From positions 1-43,070 of the IMG/VR virus record IMGVR_UViG_3300017747_002824: 43,070 nt of DNA. One strand, written 5' to 3'. Under the pieces are notes generated by a model, which saw only the letters and a program-made list of their open reading frames with translations, was not told the origin of the DNA and ran no database searches. The stretch comes from a virus. Taxonomy: Duplodnaviria > Caudoviricetes. Below, in pieces: positions 35,106 through 43,070 of this stretch; the stretch's first letter is position 1, and the number at the start of each line of letters is the position of its first letter. Position numbers and translations under genes: made by a program.

Positions 35106-35731
35106 GGCTTAGCGGGACGCTTCCCGGAAGTCAGGTCTTCGACGCCCTTCTGCGTCTCAAGGATGACCTGACGGACAGCCTTGCCCTTGGTCAGATAGTC
35201 CTTCTTGAGAGCACGCAGGATCTCTAGCGCCTCTTCCTGCTCTTCTTCCGTAAGGGCTGACATGAATCCTTCTTCCGTAGGAGGGGCCGGGGGCGGGTAG
35301 ATGCCCCACGGTGCAATTGAGTCGTAGTGGGTCTGCTCAAGAGACACTGACAGGTGGCAGTGCTTCTTGTGGGCGTTGACGCCCGTGTAAGGTCTCCACG
35401 CCCAACCCTGCTTCTCTGAGGCGATCCGTCCCTCATAGATGATGTAACGGATACGGGGATCGCCCGCAACCGCTAGGGCGTGGAGGTGGTCAACGACGGG
35501 AGCAAGGTCTGCGCCTGTGTCGGCGGTGTTCCCGTCAAGATCCTCGTCAATGTCGTAGGCACGGACAACTCCGATACCGTTCTCGTCAATGACGAAAGGG
35601 TTGTGGTCTGACGTGCGGGAAGCGTGAGCAGCGTCCCCGATGGTCCCGTCGCTAGTGCGGTCCCGTGCAGGGTACGCCTTGTTCAGTTCACCACGAAGAA
35701 CCTGCAAGCTGTCCGCAACACGCCAAGCCAC
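35102..35731 (-). CDS. endolysin (actinophage zinc-peptidase-type)
   Basis: SDGTIGDAAH, SDHNP, VRAYDID, RYIIY, YTG.N.H.KH.H.S, typical of actinophage lysin peptidase domains. Confidence 0.8.
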   Translation of the reverse strand: MAWRVADSLQVLRGELNKAYPARDRTSDGTIGDAAHASRTSDHNPFVIDENGIGVVRAYDIDEDLDGNTADTGADLAPVVDHLHALAVAGDPRIRYIIYEGRIASEKQGWAWRPYTGVNAHKKHCHLSVSLEQTHYDSIAPWGIYPPPAPPTEEGFMSALTEEEQEEALEILRALKKDYLTKGKAVRQVILETQKGVEDLTSGKRPAKP

Positions 35732-35735
35732 AACT

Positions 35736-35894
35736 TCAGTCCTTCACAAACCACTGGACAACCGCCGTAAGGATGACGGTGATAGCGACCGCCACCTCCG
35801 CAGGTTCCGAAGCCGGCGTGAGCCAGACAACGACAGTGGACAGAGCGCCAGCGAGGGCACCCGCAGCAACCTTGTTCGTCGGGGCAATAGACAT
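35736..35894 (-). CDS. 2-TM holin-like protein
   Basis: PTNKVAAGALAGA...EVAVAITVIL; leaderless, TGA-TAGACT promoter. Confidence 0.65.
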   Translation of the reverse strand: MSIAPTNKVAAGALAGALSTVVVWLTPASEPAEVAVAITVILTAVVQWFVKD

Positions 35895-35907
35895 GTGGAC
35901 AAGTCTA

Positions 35908-38376
35908 TCACGTCTCGTCAGCAGGAGATTCGAGCAGGTGCTTGCGGATCGCAAGGCAGGACACAGCCCTACCGCCCCGTGCAACGAAGGCGTGCGTAGC
36001 ATCCTCCGCCTGATAGCGGTCCCGCAGGTAGCGGGTCACCGCAGCCTGACGGCCCGGTAGACGGAACGCACCCTGCTTCTCAATGTGCGTGACAAACGAC
36101 GTGACACGGACATACACGTTCTCCGTATCCGACGCCACGAACATGAAACAATCCGGCTCATCCAACGCCCACAGGAGGGCATCCTTGATCGGGTTGTGGG
36201 CCGCAGCCTCCATGCCCGCCGCAGCAACCCACGACAAATCAGGAGTACCGAGAGCCTTACCCCCGTTTTCTTGCACAAACCGGTCCAACAGGGCAAAGCC
36301 CCACGCCACCGTGCCGAGGTTGTCCCGCTGACGGGTCGGAGCGCCTGCGGGGCCGACCGGATCGGGGGTCAGGTAGATGTTGCCCGCCGCAAGCTGCGCT
36401 GCACACCACTGCAAGTACGCAAGGGGAAGTCCGGTGTCTCCCCAACCCCGCACAGCGGAGAGGATCTTTGGGTCCTTGCCGTCCGCAGGCAAAGGCAGGT
36501 TCACCATGCGCTCCGTGTGCGAGGTCTCCGTGAACATGTCCTCACCGGACACGATGATCGGGGCGTGCGTAGGCATGGCGCTGATCTCCGACCAACGCTC
36601 CCCCATGCCGCCCTTCGCACTGATCTGGTTGGTGTACGCATCCCGCAGGAGTTGCTCAAGAGCGATCTGCGTGTCCTTGCGGGCACCGGGACGGTACTCA
36701 TCGAACCACACCGGAAAGGCGTTCGTGCAAGCAAGGAACGACGCAAGAGCGTGCTTGGTGGTACTTGTCAGGTTGGTGGAAATGTCCGCACCGGAGAAGG
36801 CAGAGAGCACCGTCTGCAACAGGGTGGTCTTACCGGCACCGGAGGACCCCGTAACCGCAAGGGTCGGGAACGACGGGAGCAAGGCACGGAACGGGGCAGC
36901 GGCAAGCCAACCGAGGATCGGGTCCATCACATCCTGACGGTGCAGACCCCGCAACTTCGTGATCTGCAACACCGTCCACGGCTCATCCGTGAGGGTAAGG
37001 CGGGACTCAAGATGCACGTCATAGGACGGCGGAGAGTAGACAAGGTTGGACTCCCCCGCCCGACCACCCGGCCACACGAACGCCGTGTCATGCAGCCCCG
37101 CCGTGTCCACCATCCTGCCCTCAGGAAGCAGCGTGCCCTCCGCCTGCAACATGGCAAGCAACGCCTGCCCGTCACGGTCAGAACCGAGCCACGCTGCCCC
37201 GTGCCGTGAACTCCACGACACGATGCGTGCCTTGGACGACAGGTCAGCAGAGGTGAGGACCACCTCCTTCCCCGTAGGAACAAGGATGCCACGGTACGCC
37301 GTCGTACCCTCAGGAGAAACCAGTTCATACTGTGCCTCCAGCCGCCAGTTGGACAGCATGACGTTTGTATCCTTACCGGGACGAACGTAGATGTCCCCTT
37401 GCACCTTGATCGTGTCCGGTGCCGGCTTGATCGAACGAGTGCGGCGGAACAGCGCCGGAAGGTCATGCACGGAGCGAAGATCCTGCCCCTCAGGGACAGG
37501 CAGGAACGCCACCACACAACCCGCAGCGAGCAACGCTGCGGACCACCTGCGGGTAGCGTCCTGACCCGCCTTGTCCCCGTCAAAGCCGAGCAGAACCGTA
37601 CGGCCCTCAAGCCCCTGCACGAACGGGGGCGTCCCCGCACCGGGGAGTCCTAGAACAACGTATCCCGCAGCACAGGCCGCATCTTCCGCCGCCCAACAGT
37701 CCGACTCCCCTTCACAAAGCAGGACAGGCAAGGCAGGATCACGGTCCCGCCACTCCCCGTACAGCACGCCTCTAAGGGACGAACCGGGGGCAGCGAGGGC
37801 AACGGTGTCAGCGGTACGGTGCTTGTACGCAACGAGTTCTCCTTGACGGTTGTAGTACGGGATGATGATTTCCGGCCCACGGGAGCCAACGAGCCACTCC
37901 CCTTGCAGGTGCTCAGGGTCAACGTGCAGCCCCTTCTCCGAACAGAACGCCCAAAGGGCATCCTGCTCTGCGACCGCCGCAGCCGCCACCACACGGGACT
38001 CCACAACGGGGTCCCACCGGGCACCGCCGCCGTAAGAGGCGGTGACGGGGGGCTCCCATCCAGCAGGCATACGGGCGTAGGTAGCCTGCGCCTCCGCCAT
38101 AGCCGCAGCGAAGGAACACTCCTCCAACTCTTGCAGCAGGTCGATCACATCCCCGCCCTTCCCGCAGGGGGGGCAGTTCCACCGCCAACCGAGGGATTCT
38201 TCCAACCATGTATCAAAGGACGGGTCCGTGTCAGCGTGCAGGGGGCAGCGACAAGCCAACCCCTTGCCACGGGCAACCAAGTCCACCCCCCGATCCGCCA
38301 ACACGAACGGGATCGGCAGGTTCACCTTGAAGAACGAGGGCGTTCCCTGCTCTGCTGCATTCAGAAGTTCTTGCAC
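35908..38376 (-). CDS. DNA primase-helicase (CHC2 zinc finger, TOPRIM, P-loop ATPase)
   Basis: CPLHADTDPS...CPPC; CEGESD; FDGDKAG; GSSGAGKT; WFDE. Confidence 0.9.
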   Translation of the reverse strand: MQELLNAAEQGTPSFFKVNLPIPFVLADRGVDLVARGKGLACRCPLHADTDPSFDTWLEESLGWRWNCPPCGKGGDVIDLLQELEECSFAAAMAEAQATYARMPAGWEPPVTASYGGGARWDPVVESRVVAAAAVAEQDALWAFCSEKGLHVDPEHLQGEWLVGSRGPEIIIPYYNRQGELVAYKHRTADTVALAAPGSSLRGVLYGEWRDRDPALPVLLCEGESDCWAAEDAACAAGYVVLGLPGAGTPPFVQGLEGRTVLLGFDGDKAGQDATRRWSAALLAAGCVVAFLPVPEGQDLRSVHDLPALFRRTRSIKPAPDTIKVQGDIYVRPGKDTNVMLSNWRLEAQYELVSPEGTTAYRGILVPTGKEVVLTSADLSSKARIVSWSSRHGAAWLGSDRDGQALLAMLQAEGTLLPEGRMVDTAGLHDTAFVWPGGRAGESNLVYSPPSYDVHLESRLTLTDEPWTVLQITKLRGLHRQDVMDPILGWLAAAPFRALLPSFPTLAVTGSSGAGKTTLLQTVLSAFSGADISTNLTSTTKHALASFLACTNAFPVWFDEYRPGARKDTQIALEQLLRDAYTNQISAKGGMGERWSEISAMPTHAPIIVSGEDMFTETSHTERMVNLPLPADGKDPKILSAVRGWGDTGLPLAYLQWCAAQLAAGNIYLTPDPVGPAGAPTRQRDNLGTVAWGFALLDRFVQENGGKALGTPDLSWVAAAGMEAAAHNPIKDALLWALDEPDCFMFVASDTENVYVRVTSFVTHIEKQGAFRLPGRQAAVTRYLRDRYQAEDATHAFVARGGRAVSCLAIRKHLLESPADET

Positions 38377-38397
38377 GGGTCTCCTTGTAGACGGGGA

Positions 38398-38421
38398 GAG
38401 GGGCGGGTTTCCCCGCCCCTC
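38398..38421 (-). terminator. GC-rich hairpin between SSB and primase (attenuator/terminator-like)
   Basis: GAGGGGCGGG-GAAA-CCCGCCCCTC; no clear U-tract. Confidence 0.5.
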
Positions 38422-38444
38422 CCGGTTTCTCCTTTCCTTAGCCG

Positions 38445-38957
38445 CTAGAAGGGAGGAGGGGTGCCTCCCGCAGCGGGCGGGGCGGTCTGTGCCGGGGCGG
38501 CGGGGGCGGGGGCAGACTCAAGGCGCTTGAGCTTCTTCATGTCGATGTTGGTGTAGCCTCCGCTCTCACGGGACTTCACCTCGGCGGAAACAATGGTGCC
38601 GACAACGGCATCCTGCACATCCTCCGAGATGGTCGGGGAATCCGTGTCCCACTGAGCCACCACGTCAGCGTCAGCGCCGAGGGTAGCAAGCTCACGGAAC
38701 GACATGGCAAGGCCCATCGTGTTCGGCTGACCGTCGTTCTTCACAGCGACCAGGTTGATGTTCGTCCAGAACTTCTTGCCCTGATCCGGCCCGTCAAGAA
38801 CCTCCCACTGAATCCCGAACTTCGGGTCGCCCTTCTGGGTCTTCGAGCCGTTCGCTCCCGCAACACGGAACGTGCCCGGTCCATCGGGCGGGGAGTAACT
38901 GCTGATCCCCGCTTCTTCGGCCTGCTTGAGCAGGTCTGCCATAGAGGTTGATGCCAT
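38445..38957 (-). CDS. single-stranded DNA-binding protein (DUF669-like)
   Basis: Internal AGGAGA RBS and ATG; WEVLDGPDQGKKFW; Pro/Ala tail ending PPF; next to primase and the AAA_24/exonuclease module. Confidence 0.75.
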   Translation of the reverse strand: MASTSMADLLKQAEEAGISSYSPPDGPGTFRVAGANGSKTQKGDPKFGIQWEVLDGPDQGKKFWTNINLVAVKNDGQPNTMGLAMSFRELATLGADADVVAQWDTDSPTISEDVQDAVVGTIVSAEVKSRESGGYTNIDMKKLKRLESAPAPAAPAQTAPPAAGGTPPPF

Positions 38958-39653
38958 CTGTTTCTTCTCCTGATTTCGTGGGAATGAGATTTCCGGCATC
39001 TCGAAAGGGAAGCCGGGGAACATATTGGAGCTGGTCTTGTGGGGGTGGGTCGCTCCGTACTCCAACCACCCTAGCACCTTCGGCAGATTGATGTCTGGCC
39101 CATAGGTGAGAAATGTGCCATCTACACTATGACAGCCCCATGATCGGGCTATCTCGTATCTCTTGAAGGAGTTGACCCGGCCCATGTGGACCCAGCGCCC
39201 CTCCTTGACAGCCCTCCTTGTGATTTCCTTAGCCACCGACCCGAGTTTCCACTCGGTCGTCCCGCCAATGAACAAGACCGGAGCCTCATTCGGTGGCGGA
39301 ATGTTCCAAGGAGTTGACCCAACCTGCAAGACGAAGGCGGGGGTGAACCCGTGGAGGGCGATGAGGGGGCCGTAGCGGCGGTACCTCTTGAGTGTTGCCT
39401 TGTGGCACTCACCGCCCTCCGGATCGTATTCGTCAGGTGCTACGACAAACCGTGTGGTCCGAGGGAGGTTCTGAATCCAACGGTACCAGTGGTCATGCTG
39501 CCAGTTCTTCGAGAAGCAGCCGTTGTCGGCCATCACGTCCCACTCCTCGGGGAACACCACGTTCCCTTGTTTGGGGGTCGTGATGCACCCGAGCAGCAGG
39601 GCCGACATTGCGTCGTTGATCTTCCCTGTGCTGGGGTTGCCGTAGTAGATCAT
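38445..39653 (-). CDS. TGT/DpdA-like transglycosylase, open in frame into the SSB (402-aa fusion ORF)
   Basis: ADNGCF, FVVAPD, LFIGG.TEWK, VHMGRVN, SVDGT motifs of TGT-barrel-like phage proteins; no stop before the SSB ATG. Confidence 0.65.
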   Translation of the reverse strand: MIYYGNPSTGKINDAMSALLLGCITTPKQGNVVFPEEWDVMADNGCFSKNWQHDHWYRWIQNLPRTTRFVVAPDEYDPEGGECHKATLKRYRRYGPLIALHGFTPAFVLQVGSTPWNIPPPNEAPVLFIGGTTEWKLGSVAKEITRRAVKEGRWVHMGRVNSFKRYEIARSWGCHSVDGTFLTYGPDINLPKVLGWLEYGATHPHKTSSNMFPGFPFEMPEISFPRNQEKKQMASTSMADLLKQAEEAGISSYSPPDGPGTFRVAGANGSKTQKGDPKFGIQWEVLDGPDQGKKFWTNINLVAVKNDGQPNTMGLAMSFRELATLGADADVVAQWDTDSPTISEDVQDAVVGTIVSAEVKSRESGGYTNIDMKKLKRLESAPAPAAPAQTAPPAAGGTPPPF

Positions 39654-39824
39654 CTACACTCCGGCTGCTTCTCGGTACTTCCGATATGCCTCCCGCTTGG
39701 ACCGCCCGTAGACGCGGACAGTCTCCGTGTGTCCGGGGAACAGTGCCGGGTACGGACAGTTCACCCATCTGCACACCCAAGCACGATCTGATCTGCGAGG
39801 AGCGGTGGTGCGAAGTAGTTGCAT
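39654..39824 (-). CDS. small basic hypothetical protein (56 aa)
   Basis: Translated by hand: MQLLRTTAPRR...; TGATG and TAGATG coupling. Confidence 0.55.
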   Translation of the reverse strand: MQLLRTTAPRRSDRAWVCRWVNCPYPALFPGHTETVRVYGRSKREAYRKYREAAGV

Positions 39825-40333
39825 CAGACGCTCCGGGTCGTGCGTCGTGACCGTGCCCAGTAGACGATAGGCAGAGCGGGGAGGATCATCAGCGCCTTGC
39901 CGATTAGCTGCCCCGCCACAGCGTCAGCCGTGAGGGATGCCACACCGAAAGCGATTCCGAGGAATAGCACAGTGTCGATGACTGCACCGACGATGTTGCT
40001 CAGCACCACACCGAAAGTCCACGACCGCTTGCGAAGGGACTCGTAGATGGTGAGGTCTGCAAGTTCACTGAACAGGAAGGCAACTCCTGATGCCACTGCC
40101 AGAGCAGGGGCAATGAAGTAGGACAGGCCCGCTCCAACGAGGATGGCCCCGACCACGACCCACCGACTCGTCACTTCGGAGAGTGCGTCACGCACCCCGA
40201 GGACAAGGCCCGCTGCAAGCGTCCCCGCCGTGGCGGAGATGCCGAACACGGTGACGAACCCCCACCGGACGGTCATGGCGTTGGCAAGCCAGATCAGTCC
40301 GATGTACCCGAGAATCAGTAGTGCCTTCTTCAT
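39824..40333 (-). CDS. VUT/YhhQ-family queuosine-precursor transporter
   Basis: LAN...AGT...RD...ASGVAFLFSELAD..IY..LR...SNIVGAVIDTVLFL.IAF. Confidence 0.85.
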   Translation of the reverse strand: MKKALLILGYIGLIWLANAMTVRWGFVTVFGISATAGTLAAGLVLGVRDALSEVTSRWVVVGAILVGAGLSYFIAPALAVASGVAFLFSELADLTIYESLRKRSWTFGVVLSNIVGAVIDTVLFLGIAFGVASLTADAVAGQLIGKALMILPALPIVYWARSRRTTRSV

Positions 40334-40710
40334 GCTTGGTCTCCTTGCAGTACGGTATCAAGTGTGTTGTGAATCTCATCTGAGTGGTAGCGAAGCCACG
40401 GAGAGATCCTTGTTCCCTCAGGGATAACGAGAATCACCTTCTTGCCGATGTCGTGGGCGAAGAAGATTTCCATAGCCGTGCCCCAAGAGACCTGCCAGCA
40501 GTTCGCCAAGAACACGTCGCAGGCGTAGATGTCTGCAATGTCTCCCTCAACGATCTCGTTGACAGACTCATCCTCACGCCCCCTGTAGTCCCGACGCATC
40601 GGGTCAAGGAACTCAAGGTGTGGGCGGTCGGCCATGAAGGCATCTCGCCACCCGCTAGCTCCTTCATCGGAGCAGCCGTTGATTGGTCCTGCAAGGTACA
40701 CGGTGGTCAT
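40330..40710 (-). CDS. nucleoside 2-deoxyribosyltransferase-like protein
   Basis: VYLAGPI...WR...DP...D...I..CD...SWGTAME. Confidence 0.85.
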   Translation of the reverse strand: MTTVYLAGPINGCSDEGASGWRDAFMADRPHLEFLDPMRRDYRGREDESVNEIVEGDIADIYACDVFLANCWQVSWGTAMEIFFAHDIGKKVILVIPEGTRISPWLRYHSDEIHNTLDTVLQGDQA

Positions 40711-40805
40711 TGTGCTTCGTTCTCCCTTGCTTCCTGTCGGGCAGTTGCCCGTGCTTCTTCTTGGTCGTAGTCGGTTGGATCGTAAACGCCGTACTCGTCA
40801 AGCAT
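40707..40805 (-). CDS. very small acidic protein (32 aa)
   Basis: Translated by hand: MLDEYGVYDPTDYDQEE...; AGGAGA RBS; coupled. Confidence 0.45.
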   Translation of the reverse strand: MLDEYGVYDPTDYDQEEARATARQEARENEAQ

Positions 40806-41577
40806 CGGGGGTCTCCTGTTCCTGTTCCGCCTCTGCGGGGTTGAGAACCCGCAGCATAGCAGAGATGTCGGGGTACAGGATCTCATCCCCGTAGTGGTGG
40901 GACAGGACGTGCGTGTTGTCCTTCGCCGTCACCCCGTCACGGTAGCCGTCAATGATGAGGAACCGCTCACGGTCACCCGTGGACTTGTTGATCCGCTTCC
41001 CGAGGTAGCCCATCACATCGAAGTGATAGCCGATCCGATCCGCAAGCTGCCCTTGCAGGAGGGCGGCTTCACTGCCGTCTTTGTCCCTCGTCCCGCAGGC
41101 CACCACGACAGCCCACAGTGGGTTGGACGGATGCTTGCGGAGGTCACGGAAGTTGCGGACCACCTTCTCCAACTCACGCAGCGCCTCGCCCCAATCCTGC
41201 AACTTCATCTGCCCGGTACCGGCGATCCGGTCGATCAGACGTTGCTGCGTCTCGGTGATTGAGTCGATGCCCACGGAGCGGAACGGGTGATTGCCGGAGG
41301 CAAGCCACTTGTATGCCTGCTCCACGACGATGAAGTTCTGCACGTCCACGACCGTCACCGCATCCGGCTCTGCGCTCTCCGCAGGCGGAGGATTGCGGGG
41401 GTCCCAATGCACGATGTGCTGTGCAGTAAGACCCTGCGGGTCTTTCTGCAAATCCGCAAGGTACTCGGACCGGCCCTCCGCATCAAGGATCAGCAGAGGC
41501 TTCGGGGCGCTGTTAATCAGCCAGCTTTTGCCCGCACCGGGGTCCCCCTGGATGAACGCTGTAAGTCTGCGGCTCAC
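40798..41577 (-). CDS. AAA_24/Sak4-like ATPase (recombinase)
   Basis: GDPGAGKS, LILDAEG, GIDSITE, QDWG; next to the exonuclease. Confidence 0.85.
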   Translation of the reverse strand: MSRRLTAFIQGDPGAGKSWLINSAPKPLLILDAEGRSEYLADLQKDPQGLTAQHIVHWDPRNPPPAESAEPDAVTVVDVQNFIVVEQAYKWLASGNHPFRSVGIDSITETQQRLIDRIAGTGQMKLQDWGEALRELEKVVRNFRDLRKHPSNPLWAVVVACGTRDKDGSEAALLQGQLADRIGYHFDVMGYLGKRINKSTGDRERFLIIDGYRDGVTAKDNTHVLSHHYGDEILYPDISAMLRVLNPAEAEQEQETPDA

Positions 41578-41756
41578 AGCCCCGCCGCCTTCTTCAACGC
41601 CTTGCGGAGTTGCTTGACCTGCGGGACCGAGAGAGACAGCAATGCGAGGCGGTCCGTAGGATCTCCGTCCTTGAACACGGCAATGTGGGCACCGCCGTCT
41701 CGGCACGCCCGTCCGTGAACCTCTAGTCCTTCTTCGTAGTCGGTTTCAATCTTCAC
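41574..41756 (-). CDS. hypothetical protein (MKIETDYEE...)
   Basis: GAAGGAG RBS; coupled. Confidence 0.6.
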   Translation of the reverse strand: MKIETDYEEGLEVHGRACRDGGAHIAVFKDGDPTDRLALLSLSVPQVKQLRKALKKAAGL

Positions 41757-42648
41757 CTTTGGTCTCCTTCTTCTCTCGTTGGATGTAGAGTGCTTGCCGC
41801 ACGCCCGCAAGGTCGGAACCGTCGTCGTGCATCTGGCAGATCGGGAGGAACTGACAGCGCCAAGAGCAGTCCTTCGTCGGGTGCGGTGGGGCAACGCTCT
41901 GGTGCGCTGCGGGGTCCCGCTCTAGTGCTTGGTACCCTAGCACAATCTCCGACAGGAGGGCGGCAAGTTGCGTGCGGTGGTTCTCAAGCTGCGTAGCGGA
42001 CGGCGTGATCGACTCCCGACCGTAGAACGGGGGCGTAGCACGGGCCGAACGCAGCACCCTACGGAGCATGTTGTGCCGGCACTCCGCAACGGGAAGTCCG
42101 AGAACGTCCTGCACCCCGAGGGTGTAGGTGAGGAGCTGGCTTTCAATGGCGAAGGATGAATCCTTCGACAGCGAGTCAACCGTCTTCGTGTCCTCAATGA
42201 TGATCCGGTCAAAGTCCGTGTCCCGCACGATGCGGTCAACGTGCATCTGCAAGAACACACGGTCCCCGTGCATCTCCCCGAACGGCAGGTCAATCTCCTT
42301 CTCCGTGACCAGGGTTTCCTCCCCCTGATCCAGGCCTTCCTCCTCAAGCCACTCCCCGTACCCGTCCAGCATCACCTGTGCAAGACGGTGGTAGTTGTCC
42401 CACTCCTTCTGAAACATCTCCGAGGAGGGGACGGGAACCCCGGCGTGAAACAGGCCTGGCTTGACGGTCGTGCCGTTGTAGTAGTGCTCAAGATCGGCGT
42501 GGACGTAGGTGCCCACGTTCGCCTTCGAGGGCTTGACCTCACCGGAGAACTCGGGCTTGGTCAGCCCAAGGAAATATCCGTTGAGCCAGGACCGCTTGCA
42601 GTCCTGCCAGTTCCTTACTTCCGAGAAACGGATGTAACGGTCTACCAT
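41746..42648 (-). CDS. Cas4-like PD-(D/E)XK exonuclease
   Basis: S...WQDC, GTYVH, VDRI...EDTKT, QLLTY, C-terminal CSWRCQFLPIC. Confidence 0.88.
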   Translation of the reverse strand: MVDRYIRFSEVRNWQDCKRSWLNGYFLGLTKPEFSGEVKPSKANVGTYVHADLEHYYNGTTVKPGLFHAGVPVPSSEMFQKEWDNYHRLAQVMLDGYGEWLEEEGLDQGEETLVTEKEIDLPFGEMHGDRVFLQMHVDRIVRDTDFDRIIIEDTKTVDSLSKDSSFAIESQLLTYTLGVQDVLGLPVAECRHNMLRRVLRSARATPPFYGRESITPSATQLENHRTQLAALLSEIVLGYQALERDPAAHQSVAPPHPTKDCSWRCQFLPICQMHDDGSDLAGVRQALYIQREKKETKGED

Positions 42649-42791
42649 TGCGGGTCCTCATCTTCTTCGGGGTACTCATCATCTTCGCACAGATCCTTGC
42701 AGAAGAACTCTCCGTGGCCTGTGTTCGGGTCTTCCAACCACAACAGCCGTTCCTTGCCACAATCGGTGCAGTGCGTGCGGGGGTCAGACAC
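42642..42791 (-). CDS. small zinc-ribbon acidic protein (49 aa)
   Basis: Translated by hand: CTDC...CKDLC plus acidic tail; GGAGGAG RBS. Confidence 0.55.
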   Translation of the reverse strand: MSDPRTHCTDCGKERLLWLEDPNTGHGEFFCKDLCEDDEYPEEDEDPQW

Positions 42792-43017
42792 GGGACTCCT
42801 CCACGGCAACGAGCGACAGCAGATCCACGGCGAAATCCCGCAGCTCCTTGGCGCTCTGGAACACGACGGTCACGGACGGCTCATTCGGGCCACCCTTGCC
42901 ACGGCCCGCATAGGACCGCAGGTAGTAGAGGTTCGCGTCCCCGCCTCCCTGCTCCTCAATGACACGGTACGCCTCAACGGTGGCGTTCTTACTGATCTCC
43001 TGGTGCCGTACTCTCAC
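42784..43017 (-). CDS. hypothetical protein
   Basis: Overlaps the helicase 3' end across the circular junction. Confidence 0.6.
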   Translation of the reverse strand: MRVRHQEISKNATVEAYRVIEEQGGGDANLYYLRSYAGRGKGGPNEPSVTVVFQSAKELRDFAVDLLSLVAVEESRV

Positions 43018-43070
43018 GGGGAACCTCTCTCGGTTGGTGGTCTGGATCTTGGACGATCTGCTGGAAGATC
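42948..43070. repeat. 123-bp direct terminal repeat (copy 2)
   Basis: Identical to 1-123. Confidence 0.97.

Noticed and set aside
41746-42648. CRISPR-Cas system suggested by the Cas4-like protein
   Set aside because: No repeat-spacer array or other cas genes; stand-alone Cas4-like exonucleases beside AAA_24 and SSB genes are normal phage recombination modules.

Overview
The window is an apparently complete ~42.9-kb, GC-rich dsDNA bacteriophage genome. Bases 1-123 are repeated exactly at 42948-43070, so it is a circularly permuted assembly. WhiB, an actinophage-type endolysin, Gram-positive/actinobacterial SOS boxes and leaderless genes point to an actinobacterial host. Transcription diverges from a control region at ~9.9-11.4 kb. 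The minus arm (11.2 kb to 1, wrapping to 43 kb and down to 32.7 kb) carries small early genes, WhiB, dNMP kinase, PolA, RuvC-like resolvase, SNF2 helicase, Cas4-like exonuclease, an AAA_24 ATPase, SSB, primase-helicase, lysis genes, an HNH nuclease and a metallophosphoesterase. The plus arm (11.4-32.75 kb) carries an XRE regulator, GroES, tail fibre, TerL, portal, scaffold, major capsid protein and podovirus-like adaptor, nozzle and internal proteins. No integrase, tape measure or tail tube gene was recognised. Most notable: (1) a putative 7-deazaguanine salvage/DNA-modification cassette (NDT-fold glycosidase, YhhQ/VUT transporter, TGT/DpdA-like enzyme) whose TGT-like ORF runs in frame, with no stop, into the SSB gene; (2) two LexA-type boxes in the control region of an integrase-less phage; (3) about a dozen TGn-TANNNT leaderless promoters; (4) several promoter/terminator-bounded structured non-coding elements; (5) strong apparent avoidance of CGCG and several 6-bp palindromes. 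All calls come from motif recognition by eye, with no database searches.
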